From: a virus
IMG/VR virus record: IMGVR_UViG_3300032224_001305
Span: 37,376-101,375 of that record
Length of the DNA stretch: 64,000 bases
Direction: 5' to 3' (one strand)
The notes under the pieces are model-generated. The model was not told the DNA's origin, searched no databases, and saw only the letters and a program-made list of their open reading frames with translations. Below are positions 27,523 through 38,537 of the stretch, one piece after another. Position numbers and translations under genes: made by a program. Position 1 is the stretch's first letter; each line of letters begins with the position of its first letter.

Positions 27523-28039
27523 AGCTATTTACCCCCACATATTCGATTTTGGGCCAAAACACCGGCCACTCGGCCGCCATCTTGGTGAAGTTGCTTGCCT
27601 GCCGCTGAATACCACTTGCTGGAACTCCGTGCAGGTTCCTGTCCGCATAGCTCTGGTAATCAAGCCAACCTCCCCTAGGGAGCATGGTGATTACCTCCAC
27701 CGCGTATTCGTACGCGTTGGACAGTGCCATGTATGGCGCCACCTCTGCAATACTGCAGTTGGTGTTGTCCACCACCACAAACGACTTACCAGTGGACACG
27801 CACTCTACGAACTTGCGCAGACATTCGCCATGCGCTTTTGGCAACTGCTTTGGGTCGAAGTTGTAGTTGCCGTGTCTATCGATGAAGTAGTTGTCCGCAG
27901 ACACTACGTGCGGCGGATCAATCCCGTACTTCTCCACCCATGCAAATTGTCCAGTACCCGGGTCTACCCTGTAAAGGTTCTTGACCCAGGTCGATTTACC
28001 AGAGCCAGAGGGACCCGAAAGAATAACGACGTGTTTCAT
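27500..28039 (-). CDS. AAA_33 / N4BP2-like P-loop polynucleotide kinase
   Basis: GPSGSGKST, SADNYF, AH..C, VVDNTN, RNLHGVP. Confidence 0.88.
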   Translation of the reverse strand: MKHVVILSGPSGSGKSTWVKNLYRVDPGTGQFAWVEKYGIDPPHVVSADNYFIDRHGNYNFDPKQLPKAHGECLRKFVECVSTGKSFVVVDNTNCSIAEVAPYMALSNAYEYAVEVITMLPRGGWLDYQSYADRNLHGVPASGIQRQASNFTKMAAEWPVFWPKIEYVGVNSYEATLVG

Positions 28040-28158
28040 GTTGTCCTACATGGCGCAGTAGCACCGTTCGGACTTCTTATACCAGCCTGTGCCGTAAAGT
28101 TTGCTAATAGCTAAACAACAACGGCGCCCATATGAGCGCCGCCGTGTTTATTACCTAA

Positions 28159-28485
28159 CTATAGATCGTCGGACTTGGCATACGCGCGCAAGTAGACATC
28201 CTTACTTGCCAGTTGTGCCGTAGTGCTTGGTTCAAGCTTTGCATAAAACGCGCTGCTATCTACGCCGTACACAACGACGCCGCCTTGCCCATCACCAGTG
28301 GTAATGAACGTCTTGACTGCCTCAACGGCCTCGTCTACGTCCTTTACCGCCTTTACTGTGATCAGGTCGGATACGAGCTCCAGACTGGTTAGCTTCTTCT
28401 TAGTTAGGCTCTTGGTCGTGTCGACTAATAGCACAGCTCGGCCCGAACCAGTTAGATCCTGTATGTCTACGATTGACGACTTCAT
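28159..28485 (-). CDS. Hypothetical protein
   Basis: AAGGAG RBS. Confidence 0.55.
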   Translation of the reverse strand: MKSSIVDIQDLTGSGRAVLLVDTTKSLTKKKLTSLELVSDLITVKAVKDVDEAVEAVKTFITTGDGQGGVVVYGVDSSAFYAKLEPSTTAQLASKDVYLRAYAKSDDL

Positions 28486-28913
28486 AACACTCCTTGCTTC
28501 ATGTAGTTTACCTCGATATCTGCGCTGAATGACACATCAGGCGATAGGATTGTACATCGGCGGCAGCGTCCGTACTTATTACTGAGTGTTAAATCGTTGC
28601 AAGAAGTTCTATCGTGCGTAGGCAATAACACATTAAGAAGCTCCGCGCCGTTTTCCAACAACTTACTGCGTAACAGCTCTGCTGCTTTCTCCGCAGCAGC
28701 TCTTTGCGCTCTGCACTCCTCGGCCACTCTACTACTTGATAGTGCCATAAGCTGGGCACCAGACATTGTGTCTATGTCCACGACTAATTCCCTCCAGTCA
28801 TACGGTACGGGAGCGCACAGCGACATCGGGTCCTCCGGTAGTGTTAGGGATTGGTACGTACCGGAGGAAGTGTACACCGAGTGCCGCTCTGTTGGTCCTA
28901 GTACCAAGCCCAC
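28482..28913 (-). CDS. Hypothetical protein (H..SC...C.RC)
   Basis: Operon context. Confidence 0.55.
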   Translation of the reverse strand: MGLVLGPTERHSVYTSSGTYQSLTLPEDPMSLCAPVPYDWRELVVDIDTMSGAQLMALSSSRVAEECRAQRAAAEKAAELLRSKLLENGAELLNVLLPTHDRTSCNDLTLSNKYGRCRRCTILSPDVSFSADIEVNYMKQGVL

Positions 28914-29557
28914 ATTGAGAACCCTTTATTAGCCCAGAACCTAAGCCACTTACAAGCCTGGTAAATTGTTAGGTAATTTCTAAGCGGGTATTCTGGGAAG
29001 TTGTAGGTCTTTGGCAGATATTCTTTATTACCCGTCATAAGCGCCTCTGCAATCCCTTTGATCTCGGGAGAAAAGAGCTCGGCTGACTTCTTGGCGGCTG
29101 CCTCAAGTTTGTCCGCATACTCTAACATTTTATCAGCGGTCATATCCTTGTATGCTTCGCCAATGAGGTCGCCACCTACTGTACTTGAACAGTGCCTCAG
29201 CACATTGCCGCGAAAACCAACGTCTGTTGTGGCAATACCGATGACCTCACCGAAGCCGTCTTGTGTGGCAGCCAACTCTCCGATGTAAATGCCGTCGCAT
29301 TCTTTTAGGGCTTCCTCCCACGACAGTCCACCAGGATTAGCCGCATGGTCCGCACGCAGCCATTCCGTAGCCGCGGCGTCTCTACCAACGCGTGGGCAAC
29401 CAATGACCTCATATGGGCTGATGGAGATGGCGTCCATCAGCTTACGTAGTTCCTTCTTCCTATCAGAGGTTGCTTGGTAGTATTCCTCTTCTAGCGCAAC
29501 TCCTTCATCAAGGTGCTCATCAATAAACTTTCTGTTCAGTACCCAATCAAGACCCAT
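28898..29557 (-). CDS. Hypothetical protein (MGLD-start phage family)
   Basis: GGAGG RBS. Confidence 0.65.
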   Translation of the reverse strand: MGLDWVLNRKFIDEHLDEGVALEEEYYQATSDRKKELRKLMDAISISPYEVIGCPRVGRDAAATEWLRADHAANPGGLSWEEALKECDGIYIGELAATQDGFGEVIGIATTDVGFRGNVLRHCSSTVGGDLIGEAYKDMTADKMLEYADKLEAAAKKSAELFSPEIKGIAEALMTGNKEYLPKTYNFPEYPLRNYLTIYQACKWLRFWANKGFSMWAWY

Positions 29558-29646
29558 AACGCACCTCCATTAAATAAGAAAGGGTAGCCACATACAGTGA
29601 CTACCCCTTCTTACTTTTACCAGCAATGACTAAGGCTTTTGCTATA

Positions 29647-30015
29647 TTAAGCAGGTACACTAATCTTTGGCGCGCTTTCTAGTGCAGAAACAAGCGCTTC
29701 CACCTCAGATGAGTAGTCCGAGAGTATCGGTACGATACCTATACGACCAACTCGCCACTGCTTGCCTTTGATACGGCTAATTGGATGTACGTACAGACTA
29801 TTGTCCTGCCACGCACGCCGCACCAGTTCTAGCAACCCCCCTAGCGTGGTCGGGTCGTCTAACATAGGTAGGCACTCAAACTCTAGAGCCACTAACCCGC
29901 TATCGGGTACGCGCCAAGTCACACCATCGCTTGTTTGATAAGCCATACCAGGCAACCAGCGCCAGCCTTTGCACTTGATTACCCTCTTTGCCAATGTTTT
30001 GTATCTCATATCCAC
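29647..30015 (-). CDS. Hypothetical protein, paralog of 36960-37322
   Basis: LAKR...W.W.PGM...P.LDDP.TLG.LL.LVR.AW...E.EALV.ALE shared. Confidence 0.7.
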   Translation of the reverse strand: MDMRYKTLAKRVIKCKGWRWLPGMAYQTSDGVTWRVPDSGLVALEFECLPMLDDPTTLGGLLELVRRAWQDNSLYVHPISRIKGKQWRVGRIGIVPILSDYSSEVEALVSALESAPKISVPA

Positions 30016-30121
30016 CCCTGATATAAGAATACCTGTGCCAGGTGGAATCGGAAGTATTATCTGACAGGATATGCCGTAGATACTACGAATAAAGCATCTA
30101 CGGCATACCCAGACACAATGA

Positions 30122-32338
30122 TTAGCCGATGTTCAGTTCGATTGGGCAAGCACCTCCAGAGCAGGCAAGTGCTTCCTCATCGTAACCTTCTTCCGTAACA
30201 GCATCGGTTATCTGCGCTGATAATTCTGCGTACTTCTTAGCGTCGATGCGCTCCTCAGGTACGTAAGCGTACGCAGAGAAGTCATCGTCCTGAGCCATCA
30301 CAGAGCAACAACGCACCGTAGACTGGAACTTGAGCACCATTTCCGTGAACTGCTCAAACGCAACCTTCTTAGGGTTGTACTTAAGAGTATACGAGCACTG
30401 GTTGCCACGAGGACCCAGCCAGTACTTCTCAATTAGCTGCAGCCACTTGTATTGCTCTTCTGGTGTGGCATCTCCGGCGGCAGTGAAGTCTTCGCCCATC
30501 AGATTACCTATCGGCAACTCTGTCGGGAAACCAACTACCCAATGGCCTGGGTACGATGCTGACACATCCTTGTGCGGATATCCTTTGGCTATCAGACTAT
30601 TGAGCTCGTCAGTGCCTATACCATACTGCACCCAACGCACATAGTGACCGTAGGCAGGGAGGTGCGCACCCTCTGTGCAGAACATCACCTTGCTAATGGT
30701 GCCTGAAGGCTTAACAGTGGTGACCGTGTGAGGATGCACGAGGGTGTCGTTCTGGAGTCTACCTACGAAGCCGTCGTACACCAGCTTGTGTCTAGCCGCG
30801 TTTAGCTTATCCACGTACTTGTCAGCGGTTTCTTCTATATGCTTACGTAGACTGTCCACAAACTCCCAGAACTCCTTGCCCTTCTCAGTGGGGGTTACTA
30901 GGTCAGACCACGTGCAGCCATAGTACTTGTACGCAAATTCGTGGACACCTGTTAGACCAATACCTATGCGGTTAGTGCGACGGACTTCTGCTGCATACAG
31001 ATTGTCCATGCTGTTGACGCGTACTAGGAACTTGGCCATCTCACCGCCAGCATGTAGCGCTTCCTCAGCTGACTCAGCATTAGCCAAGCAAACGTCAGCT
31101 ATGGTGCAGTAGGCGCCCCAGCAGGCCAGAATAATCTCGCCACATGGGTTGGGCAGGAACGGGTATCTCTTCTTCTTAGCTACTTCAAGCGTGTAACCCA
31201 ACATCTCCATAGTTTTATTATGCAGAGTTAACTTACCAGCAATCTTCTCGTCAAAGAGTGTGCGGATATCTAGAGCATCGACACCAGCCGGGTTCCAAGA
31301 CATCAGATGCGCGTTGATAAACCCAGGCTCGCCTGTTCCGTCAAAGTAACCAGCGGAGACCATAGCTTCAAACACACGACGACCGTGGCTGGGCTTGGGC
31401 GAACTGGCTTGCTCCCAGAACTCCTCATCTAGCACAACTGAGTTGTTGGCGGAGCGTAGAAACCCGCCGCGCTTGATGTCGATGAAGTCGAAGATGTCTC
31501 TATCACGCCAAGTCTTAGCAGCCAGACGGGCGGCACGGCGAACACCGCCCACTGCAACGCAAGCAGCCAAGTAGTGGTCTACGAACATAGCCTGCTTCCA
31601 AGGGCGCATACCTGAGCCCTTAATGCCTGCTACCTGCATCAGCGCCTTTATCAGCGGAACCGGCCCCGAGGACGGTCTATTCTGCTGTCCTCTGATAGGA
31701 GAGTTCTTGTGACGGATCTTGGAGAAGTCAAAGATGAATAGTTTCTCCTTGTGCTTCTCCTGCCATGCCGCGGTCTCTAGTATCTCTACTACCTTTACCC
31801 AACCTTCGGCTGTGTCTTCCACTGTAAACCAACGTACAGCCTCTGAGTCCGACGCATACTTGTGACGTGCATCGCGAGCGTTCTCGATCCAGTCCTCGTA
31901 GTCAGGGTGACCGCCCATGTCCCACTGGTCTGGTCCCTCTAGCACGAAGCGCACGTTGGGCATGTTATCCCAGTTTACGCGACACATGTCCGAATCGTAC
32001 AGACGGCTGACGCCAGAGCCCTTCATTAGCAGCCAGAACTTGATAAAGCTGGCCATTGCCGTGCTGCAGTTAGTGAAGGACTCCATAAGCTTTGCTGGCT
32101 GGTCGGAATCGCCGTGCTGTAGGTGTCTACCCGACGTAGGAGCAACGCCAGATAGTATCGCCTTATACAGATCGTTGAATTCCTCCTCGCTACCATTTTC
32201 AGCTAGTGACCAATTGCCTAAGGCAACTCTGTGCGCTACTTCTTCCCAGCTCTCATGAGAGCCGTCCTCTTTCTTTCTGGCGTACTTGTTATTGAATACC
32301 GATTTAGCCATGCCATTTGGAACGTCAAATACACGCAT
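30122..32338 (-). CDS. nrdJ: Class II (adenosylcobalamin-dependent) ribonucleotide reductase
   Basis: NC, NPCGEI finger loop, TVKPSGT, C-terminal CSGGACP; no beta subunit nearby. Confidence 0.9.
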   Translation of the reverse strand: MRVFDVPNGMAKSVFNNKYARKKEDGSHESWEEVAHRVALGNWSLAENGSEEEFNDLYKAILSGVAPTSGRHLQHGDSDQPAKLMESFTNCSTAMASFIKFWLLMKGSGVSRLYDSDMCRVNWDNMPNVRFVLEGPDQWDMGGHPDYEDWIENARDARHKYASDSEAVRWFTVEDTAEGWVKVVEILETAAWQEKHKEKLFIFDFSKIRHKNSPIRGQQNRPSSGPVPLIKALMQVAGIKGSGMRPWKQAMFVDHYLAACVAVGGVRRAARLAAKTWRDRDIFDFIDIKRGGFLRSANNSVVLDEEFWEQASSPKPSHGRRVFEAMVSAGYFDGTGEPGFINAHLMSWNPAGVDALDIRTLFDEKIAGKLTLHNKTMEMLGYTLEVAKKKRYPFLPNPCGEIILACWGAYCTIADVCLANAESAEEALHAGGEMAKFLVRVNSMDNLYAAEVRRTNRIGIGLTGVHEFAYKYYGCTWSDLVTPTEKGKEFWEFVDSLRKHIEETADKYVDKLNAARHKLVYDGFVGRLQNDTLVHPHTVTTVKPSGTISKVMFCTEGAHLPAYGHYVRWVQYGIGTDELNSLIAKGYPHKDVSASYPGHWVVGFPTELPIGNLMGEDFTAAGDATPEEQYKWLQLIEKYWLGPRGNQCSYTLKYNPKKVAFEQFTEMVLKFQSTVRCCSVMAQDDDFSAYAYVPEERIDAKKYAELSAQITDAVTEEGYDEEALACSGGACPIELNIG

Positions 32339-32588
32339 GTAAGCTCCTGCCGATGGTGAAGCAGCAACGTCGCCAGGTAGGACGAGGTAACTACTAAATT
32401 ATTTAGGATTTCCGCGTAATCATTACAGAAAATGCAAGTAGCAACACCCAGAAGGACCACGCCCGGGTATCATACAGCTACTTAGCCGCGTAGCAACTTC
32501 TGCTAGCCTACGTCTTTAATCTTATTACCCAAGATATACATAACCTGGGTGTTGTTGTGGTGTAACTGCTTGATAAGACTATCTGCCG

Positions 32589-33053
32589 TTATCCTTCTGC
32601 GGACTCTGCTAACCATTTGGCGTCTATCTCGAAGAGATCTTCCTCATCGCCGCACAGTGCGTCCATTTTATCCATGGCGTCTTTGTCGCCTTCTAGTATC
32701 AGTCCTATGCCTAGTTCCTCGTTTACATACGACCAGGCCTCCATAACTTTATTATCCTGCATTAAATGTATGACCGAGTCCCACGGTACAAACGTCATGT
32801 GTGACTTACCGCCAAAGGTAAGAACGGCGCGTATACCTTTGTCGTCTACCTTAAACTGCGGCATATTAAATCTGGCTGAATAATCTAAGGACAATAGAAC
32901 ACCGTCTGACGACTTATCCTTAGCCGCCCCAGGGAGTTCCACACCTTCGTGGACCATACAGAACGTTACGCGGACCTTTCCGCTATCCATCAACGTCTCA
33001 AATGCTATGCGCTTATCACCATTGATATCTTGCATGTCTATCCTATTAAGCAT
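32589..33053 (-). CDS. ClpXP adaptor SspB-like protein
   Basis: GVELP...L.L.YS.RF...VDDKGIRAVLTFGG....FVPWDSV followed by an acidic tail. Confidence 0.72.
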   Translation of the reverse strand: MLNRIDMQDINGDKRIAFETLMDSGKVRVTFCMVHEGVELPGAAKDKSSDGVLLSLDYSARFNMPQFKVDDKGIRAVLTFGGKSHMTFVPWDSVIHLMQDNKVMEAWSYVNEELGIGLILEGDKDAMDKMDALCGDEEDLFEIDAKWLAESAEG

Positions 33054-33269
33054 TGGTCTTGCTTCCAGTTGCGGGACATTTCCACGAACAGTCCCACCAG
33101 AGTGCGACCACAATACATCCAGCAGCCAGAAAAACATACCCAGCAGCCCTTTTCGCTTATCTCTCCGGGCTTGCTCCAGAAGATAACTGCTGTATTTCCT
33201 ATTCTAAATCGCATCACACACCTACTAGGTAAGCAGAAGGTGCAGTCATATGACCACACCTTCCACTGT

Positions 33270-33563
33270 TTATGCCTCTGCCGGTCCCGCCTCGAACCCG
33301 CCGCGCAGTTCAAGCTTACACAGCAACTCTGACAACTGAGCAATACACTCCTCCAATACCTTAGCCTTGTTCGGCGGAGCGTAAGCTGATTGCACTAACA
33401 GTGCTCCCATAATGCCACTGACGTTTGTGATTGCGTCCTCGAATCGAGCAAAGTGTACGTCTTCCTGCGTAAAGCACCGCAGGTTGTTGACATGACGACG
33501 CCAGTCGGCATCGGTCTCCGTCTCCATGACTTTATCAAACACCTCTTTGATCTCGATATCCAT
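33270..33563 (-). CDS. Hypothetical protein
   Basis: AGGAG RBS. Confidence 0.55.
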   Translation of the reverse strand: MDIEIKEVFDKVMETETDADWRRHVNNLRCFTQEDVHFARFEDAITNVSGIMGALLVQSAYAPPNKAKVLEECIAQLSELLCKLELRGGFEAGPAEA

Positions 33564-33851
33564 GGCAGCTCCTAGCTCCTGTTATTGGAGCAAAAGTCTT
33601 ATACCTATTTTTAGGGGTCTACTTGCGGTACGAAGATGGCATCGAGTGGAGGATCGTCCTCGCAGCCCTTCTTGAACACTTCTACGCTCACACCCTTTGC
33701 AGTTCGGTAGATGTATACAGATAATCCATCTACACCTATCCAACAGGACGGAGCCTCGTCTGACATCTCATAATCAACTTCACCCGTCAGAGTCACTGGC
33801 TCGTAACTGACGATACCTGTCAGCGTCAATCTGGCTTCTTGCTCCGCTGCG

Positions 33852-34223
33852 CTATCCTGCATCTGTGGCTCCTGCATCGCTTGTGGCCGCGTCAAACTCA
33901 TAACCACGGCTCATCCACGCCTCTGGCCGTAGGTTGACTAGCCAGTCTGCTACGGTAGGGATGCGCCCTCCACAATCTTCCAGCACGTGCTGCTCACCGA
34001 TATATCTGACCGGAATATTCTTGCCCGCTGAGTTAGTAATGGTCACGCCAAACACACGCTCAGCTTCGAAGATACCCTGACTATGATGGCGCAAAGCGCG
34101 GTGTCTAAAATCGGCCCAATGCTCCTTAGTCGCATCGAACCAATTATGGATAGCCTGATAGTCCTCAGGTACACCGCCGTACTTCTTGGCAGAAGATACA
34201 GCATGATAATACGTGCTAGTCAT
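33852..34223 (-). CDS. DUF6915-like protein (His-rich, HD-like)
   Basis: HAVSSAKKYGG...IHNWFD.TK..WADFRHRALRHH..GI...EQHV.ED. Confidence 0.75.
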   Translation of the reverse strand: MTSTYYHAVSSAKKYGGVPEDYQAIHNWFDATKEHWADFRHRALRHHSQGIFEAERVFGVTITNSAGKNIPVRYIGEQHVLEDCGGRIPTVADWLVNLRPEAWMSRGYEFDAATSDAGATDAG

Positions 34224-34684
34224 AGAACGCCCCCACGAGGCTTGGACTTCTTGCTCTTACTTGCTACCGGTGCTTCTTGTTCTTCAGGCTCCAGATTAGG
34301 GTCATCGCCCTCACCAATAGACTCATTTTCGACAGTAATGACATTCCATCCGATGTCGCCACCTACTCGACCATCTGCGTAAGCCCATAGATCGCCCTGC
34401 GAGCCGTCATTGATTTCCCAACCGCCTGGTAGCGCCACTATCAAGTAGTCCTCTAGTACGTCAATTACGGCGCGTGACAGTACCTTTTCGACTTTATTAT
34501 TGTCGTAGGCAATAAGGGTATCTATATTTCCGCTATCACCACATCCAGAGAAGCAAGCATTCACCTTGTAAATGCCGTTCTCCGTGCAAGCAGTAATAAA
34601 TGCTTGTTTGTGGCGTGCTGTGCGCTCTTCTTGCTCGCGTTGGTATCGAGCCCTAAAGTCGGTCATATCAAATCGATCGCTCAT
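34220..34684 (-). CDS. DUF6878-like protein
   Basis: FSGCGDSG...GWEINDGSQG; adjacent to the DUF6915-like gene. Confidence 0.7.
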   Translation of the reverse strand: MSDRFDMTDFRARYQREQEERTARHKQAFITACTENGIYKVNACFSGCGDSGNIDTLIAYDNNKVEKVLSRAVIDVLEDYLIVALPGGWEINDGSQGDLWAYADGRVGGDIGWNVITVENESIGEGDDPNLEPEEQEAPVASKSKKSKPRGGVL

Positions 34685-35543
34685 CTACGTCTCCTTCTAT
34701 TCAGTTCTCGATCGTTACAAGCTTCTGCCAGCTCTTGCCTAGTTTTATATGGGTGGTGTTTTATTTGGCTCCACGCTTCATCTAGACATGCACGCCAATC
34801 ATCTAATTCATTGGAACGAATACCGCGCTGCCTAGCTATTTCGTTAGCCTTAGCCGCTAGATTCATCATAATCTGTAATGGATCTACGACATTACTTCTC
34901 ATACTGGTCGCAGCTTACTCCAACCAGTCAAGTCATCTACAAAGAAGAACCAATGACCCAAATGTTCTGTGGCAACGCCGATGAATCTAGGCAATTCGTC
35001 TTCTGATAGGACTTCGGATACCCATAAACAAGAATTATTTAGAATAAGTACGCTGCCGTCTTGGTGAGTAATACGCATTACGTACTTGAAGTTTTCGAGT
35101 TCTCTACTGAGACTAAACTCATTAAATTTAGCTTTTTCCTGCTCTACCACAGAATTGGTGGACTCAGACACGTTCCCCTCCTTAATCGCGCACGTGCAAC
35201 GCTGGTCTTCGTAACCAGCGTCACACAATGCGCATTGATACCATGAGCTCATACAATGTCTAATCCTGTATCATCTGTTACAGGAATTCCTGCTTCTTTC
35301 ATATGCTTAGCTATCAGTCGGTAGTCTTCTTTCTGGTAATTATCAAACTCTTTGAAGCCTACCGACATACCTGACTCCCACGGCATTCTATTCGTGAGAA
35401 TAAATGAGCCACTGCTCTTTTTGAAGATAAGGCCGGACCTAGGAACAGCCCAGGTTCCGCCTTCTTTAATAGTGCTGAATAAATGTTTAGACCATGCCAC
35501 ATAGCTTTGAGACATGTCACCTCCATATTTTTATACCAATATC

Positions 35544-36242
35544 TCAGTGGACTTTGCTGCGCTCTAATTCTTCTTCCGCTAGTTTAATTAGGCAGCCATA
35601 CGTGGCCGGATCTGATAAGTCAGGCTCCGCGTGTAATTCTTCCATACGACTGGTCGGTACGTAGATGATAGCGACACTACCATCAGTATCTTCGGCTGCC
35701 CCACACACGGTCTCTACTTCGTCTTTCTCCATCACGCTTATTAGGCGCAGAGATACCTTTTCTCCACCTATAGCGATGCAGAACTTTACTCCAGGAGAAC
35801 GTGCCCAACTATATCCTATCGAAGACGTATCTAGACCCTTGGGCAATGTAGGCGCATCCTTAATTTCTACACAACTTAGCAGCTCTGCGCGTAGGTCTTT
35901 CGCATCGGCCGTGAGTTCGCTCTCATCACATAGAACATACTCTTTCCACAAGAAACGAAGCCACTGCATGAGCGTAGCGTTTGTTTCTCGCAGTTCGCGC
36001 GTTAGTCCATCTCTTTCACCGCGCAAATGTTCGATCTCGTTTGACATCGTTACGCCACAATTGCACCAATCATACCAAGTGGGGCAGTCAGCAGGGCTAG
36101 TATGCTCACCGTTGTAACACTCCTGCCAGAAGTCGATCTCTTCCTGCGGTTCCATACAATCTTTGCATGGCTGTTTCTTCTCTATATAGAAGTCACAAAT
36201 TCTGGATGGGTGTTTGTCCTGCATAGAGTCGTTATCACTCAT
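35544..36242 (-). CDS. Hypothetical protein (CPTWYDWCNC; C-terminal PDLSDPAT motif)
   Basis: 232-aa ORF; shares the PDL.DPAT motif with 29647 and 36960. Confidence 0.55.
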   Translation of the reverse strand: MSDNDSMQDKHPSRICDFYIEKKQPCKDCMEPQEEIDFWQECYNGEHTSPADCPTWYDWCNCGVTMSNEIEHLRGERDGLTRELRETNATLMQWLRFLWKEYVLCDESELTADAKDLRAELLSCVEIKDAPTLPKGLDTSSIGYSWARSPGVKFCIAIGGEKVSLRLISVMEKDEVETVCGAAEDTDGSVAIIYVPTSRMEELHAEPDLSDPATYGCLIKLAEEELERSKVH

Positions 36243-36750
36243 TTGTCTTCTCCGGTTCTTTGCTTTTACGGTAACTGGCGCGATTAGCTTCTCGCCGGCA
36301 TATTACGCAATAACGCCTATATGTACCGTCTTTACGCTTAGAGAACCTATAGTTTTCTTCTGTCCATGGGTGTCCTTTGGCGCATGTCTCTTTCAGCGCA
36401 CCATAAGTTCCACGCATTATGTTAGTTTGGTTAGAAACCAATTCTAGGTGTGACGGATTAACACAGCCGTGGTTACGGCATAAGTGGTCTATGACCATGC
36501 CTTCTTCTGGTTCTCTGCCGTGCTCCACTGCCCACGCCGCACGATGGGCGGTAACAGATCTGCTAGAAGATGTATGGAAACTTCCGTATCCCTTAGGGTC
36601 ACAGCTGCCAGTCCACATCCAACAGGAGTCTGGACCGCCTGAAGTATCTGTCTTTGATAAAACGCGTTGTTTGACGGAGGCAGATGTCCAGTCCACTACT
36701 ACGACAACGCGTCCCTTGCTGCTCAGTCTGGTTGGATTTGGTTTCTGCAT
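36235..36750 (-). CDS. HNH homing-type endonuclease
   Basis: CWMWTG...GYG...AHR...DHLCRNHGCVNPSHL...N; C-terminal Cys-His Zn finger. Confidence 0.9.
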   Translation of the reverse strand: MQKPNPTRLSSKGRVVVVVDWTSASVKQRVLSKTDTSGGPDSCWMWTGSCDPKGYGSFHTSSSRSVTAHRAAWAVEHGREPEEGMVIDHLCRNHGCVNPSHLELVSNQTNIMRGTYGALKETCAKGHPWTEENYRFSKRKDGTYRRYCVICRREANRASYRKSKEPEKTNE

Positions 36751-36959
36751 TAATACTATGCTCCCTATTTAGCGACCGCCTTCTACAATGGCAGACTCCA
36801 TATTTGCGGCAATAACATCTGCCTCCTCTTTAGTATTACAGATAATATCCTCAGCATCGCTTTGGGTATCGCAAACGAGCCACTTGCCGGTTGGCTCCCA
36901 GCAAGAGCAACACCTACACCCCTTTTCAATCTGGTACTCGGGCTCGACTTCGTAGCGAC

Positions 36960-37322
36960 TCATGCCGCAGCCTCCAGTGCGCCGACGAGCGCCTCGGCTT
37001 CGGTTGTCCCAGTGCAGATCCAGTCATCATCGCCATCCGCCACAGCCCAGCCGACATCCGTTGTCGGAAGGGTGTTGATTCTTTGATCGTTCCAAGCCCA
37101 CCGCACCAGCGCCAGCAAGCATCCCAGCGTCGCGGGGTCGTCGAGATCGGGCATGTGTTCTGCGTTGATTTTCCACAGTAGCGGCCCAACTTGGCTGTAT
37201 TCACCGTGCGGTAGACCATCAGGGTTGATTGCCGTAATGCGGAAATCGTCAGTAGTCAACATCCCCGGCATCCACTTCCAGTGCTTACAGGCTACCGCAC
37301 GTTTTGCTAGTTCAAGGTTCAT
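36960..37322 (-). CDS. Hypothetical protein, paralog of 29647-30015
   Basis: PDLDDPATLGCLLALVR. Confidence 0.7.
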   Translation of the reverse strand: MNLELAKRAVACKHWKWMPGMLTTDDFRITAINPDGLPHGEYSQVGPLLWKINAEHMPDLDDPATLGCLLALVRWAWNDQRINTLPTTDVGWAVADGDDDWICTGTTEAEALVGALEAAA

Positions 37323-38496
37323 AGCTCTTTATCCCCCAGCCCGACCAGACGCCGGGCAGTTTCTCGGGCCTCAAACTCTTGCGCCGCCCCGCAGTCGCAC
37401 GGGCATTCCGCTCGCGTCACGCACCATTGCGCGTGCGGGCCAACTGCCCAGTGCCGGATCGCCTCGCGCAGTTGGGCGATCGCGCCCTCAAGCACAGACA
37501 ACATCTCCTTGGAGTCCTCAAGTTTCTGCCGCAAGCACTTGGGGCACTCGCTGGTCACAGTCCAGTGGTGTTCGCACGCCATAGCTTCCTCCTCGCACTT
37601 GCCGTCGCAGACATGGACGCGCTCGCACACCTCGCAGAAGTGCTCCCAACCGCAGGGGTTTTGCTTGGTGCAGAGGTAGTCCTCGAAGTAGCACCGCTTG
37701 GTCTGGCTCACGGCTCCTCCCACATGGCTGCTTGCAGCGCCTTGTCCGCTGCGTTCATCGCCTTCGCCACGCGAACGAGGTCTGCATAGTCGTTCCAGTC
37801 ACCGCGCTGGTAGTACCAGCCGATCTCGCGAGTCACCCAGCCGCGACCGCCACGGTCGTAGACCACCCAGTCGGGCACGCCATCGGCCATCTCACCGGGG
37901 CACTCCCACACATCATGGGAGCCGCTGGTGTTCGGACTCCAGTCGCCGCACGCGATAGATCCCAGTGCTTGTTCCAGTGTCATCTAATCCCCCTTCAGCG
38001 CGATCAACACCGATCGCGCTAGTGCGCGCTCTTGCGCCGTCGCCTCGTCGGGGCCGGTGCAAGACAGGATCCACTCGCACAGGCCGATTGCGCGGTGAAT
38101 CCGTCCGTCTGTGACCAGCGACGCGTTGGCCCACTCGATGTTCTCGGCGTGCCTCTCGGCAAGCTCCGACGTGAGGTGTGCGATCTTCTCGTCACGCGGA
38201 TCAGGCTTGGGCACTTGGCCGTCATGGCAGTCGTCGCACCAGTGCATGTAGGCTTCAGCACCCATGTGGACGACGTGGTAGCCGTAGTCTGTGTCGCGGC
38301 AGCACTTGCCGCTACAAAATGGGCACGCATTGGCGCGGAACTCACAGTCCTCGTTCGCCTTGTCCAGCCACCACTTTTGGACCACCAGCATCGGTGCCAA
38401 CGCGATCTTCTGCTCGATCGCCCACCGCTCGCAGTCGGGTGCCCCACAGCGTGGGCAGACATGGCTCTCTCTAGCAATCCAGTCGTCGGTTCCCAT
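37319..38496 (-). CDS. Three small Cys/Trp-rich hypothetical genes (37319-37723, 37708-37983, 37984-38496) in a GC-richer patch
   Basis: Abutting minus-strand ORFs with RBSs. Confidence 0.5.
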
Positions 38497-38537
38497 TACT
38501 AACCTCCCCTTCCTCTGCGTTTATTATCAAAAGTACT

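Noticed and set aside
30122-32338. Intein or intron in the ribonucleotide reductase
   Set aside because: The ORF is continuous and of normal class II length, with no splice-junction motifs.
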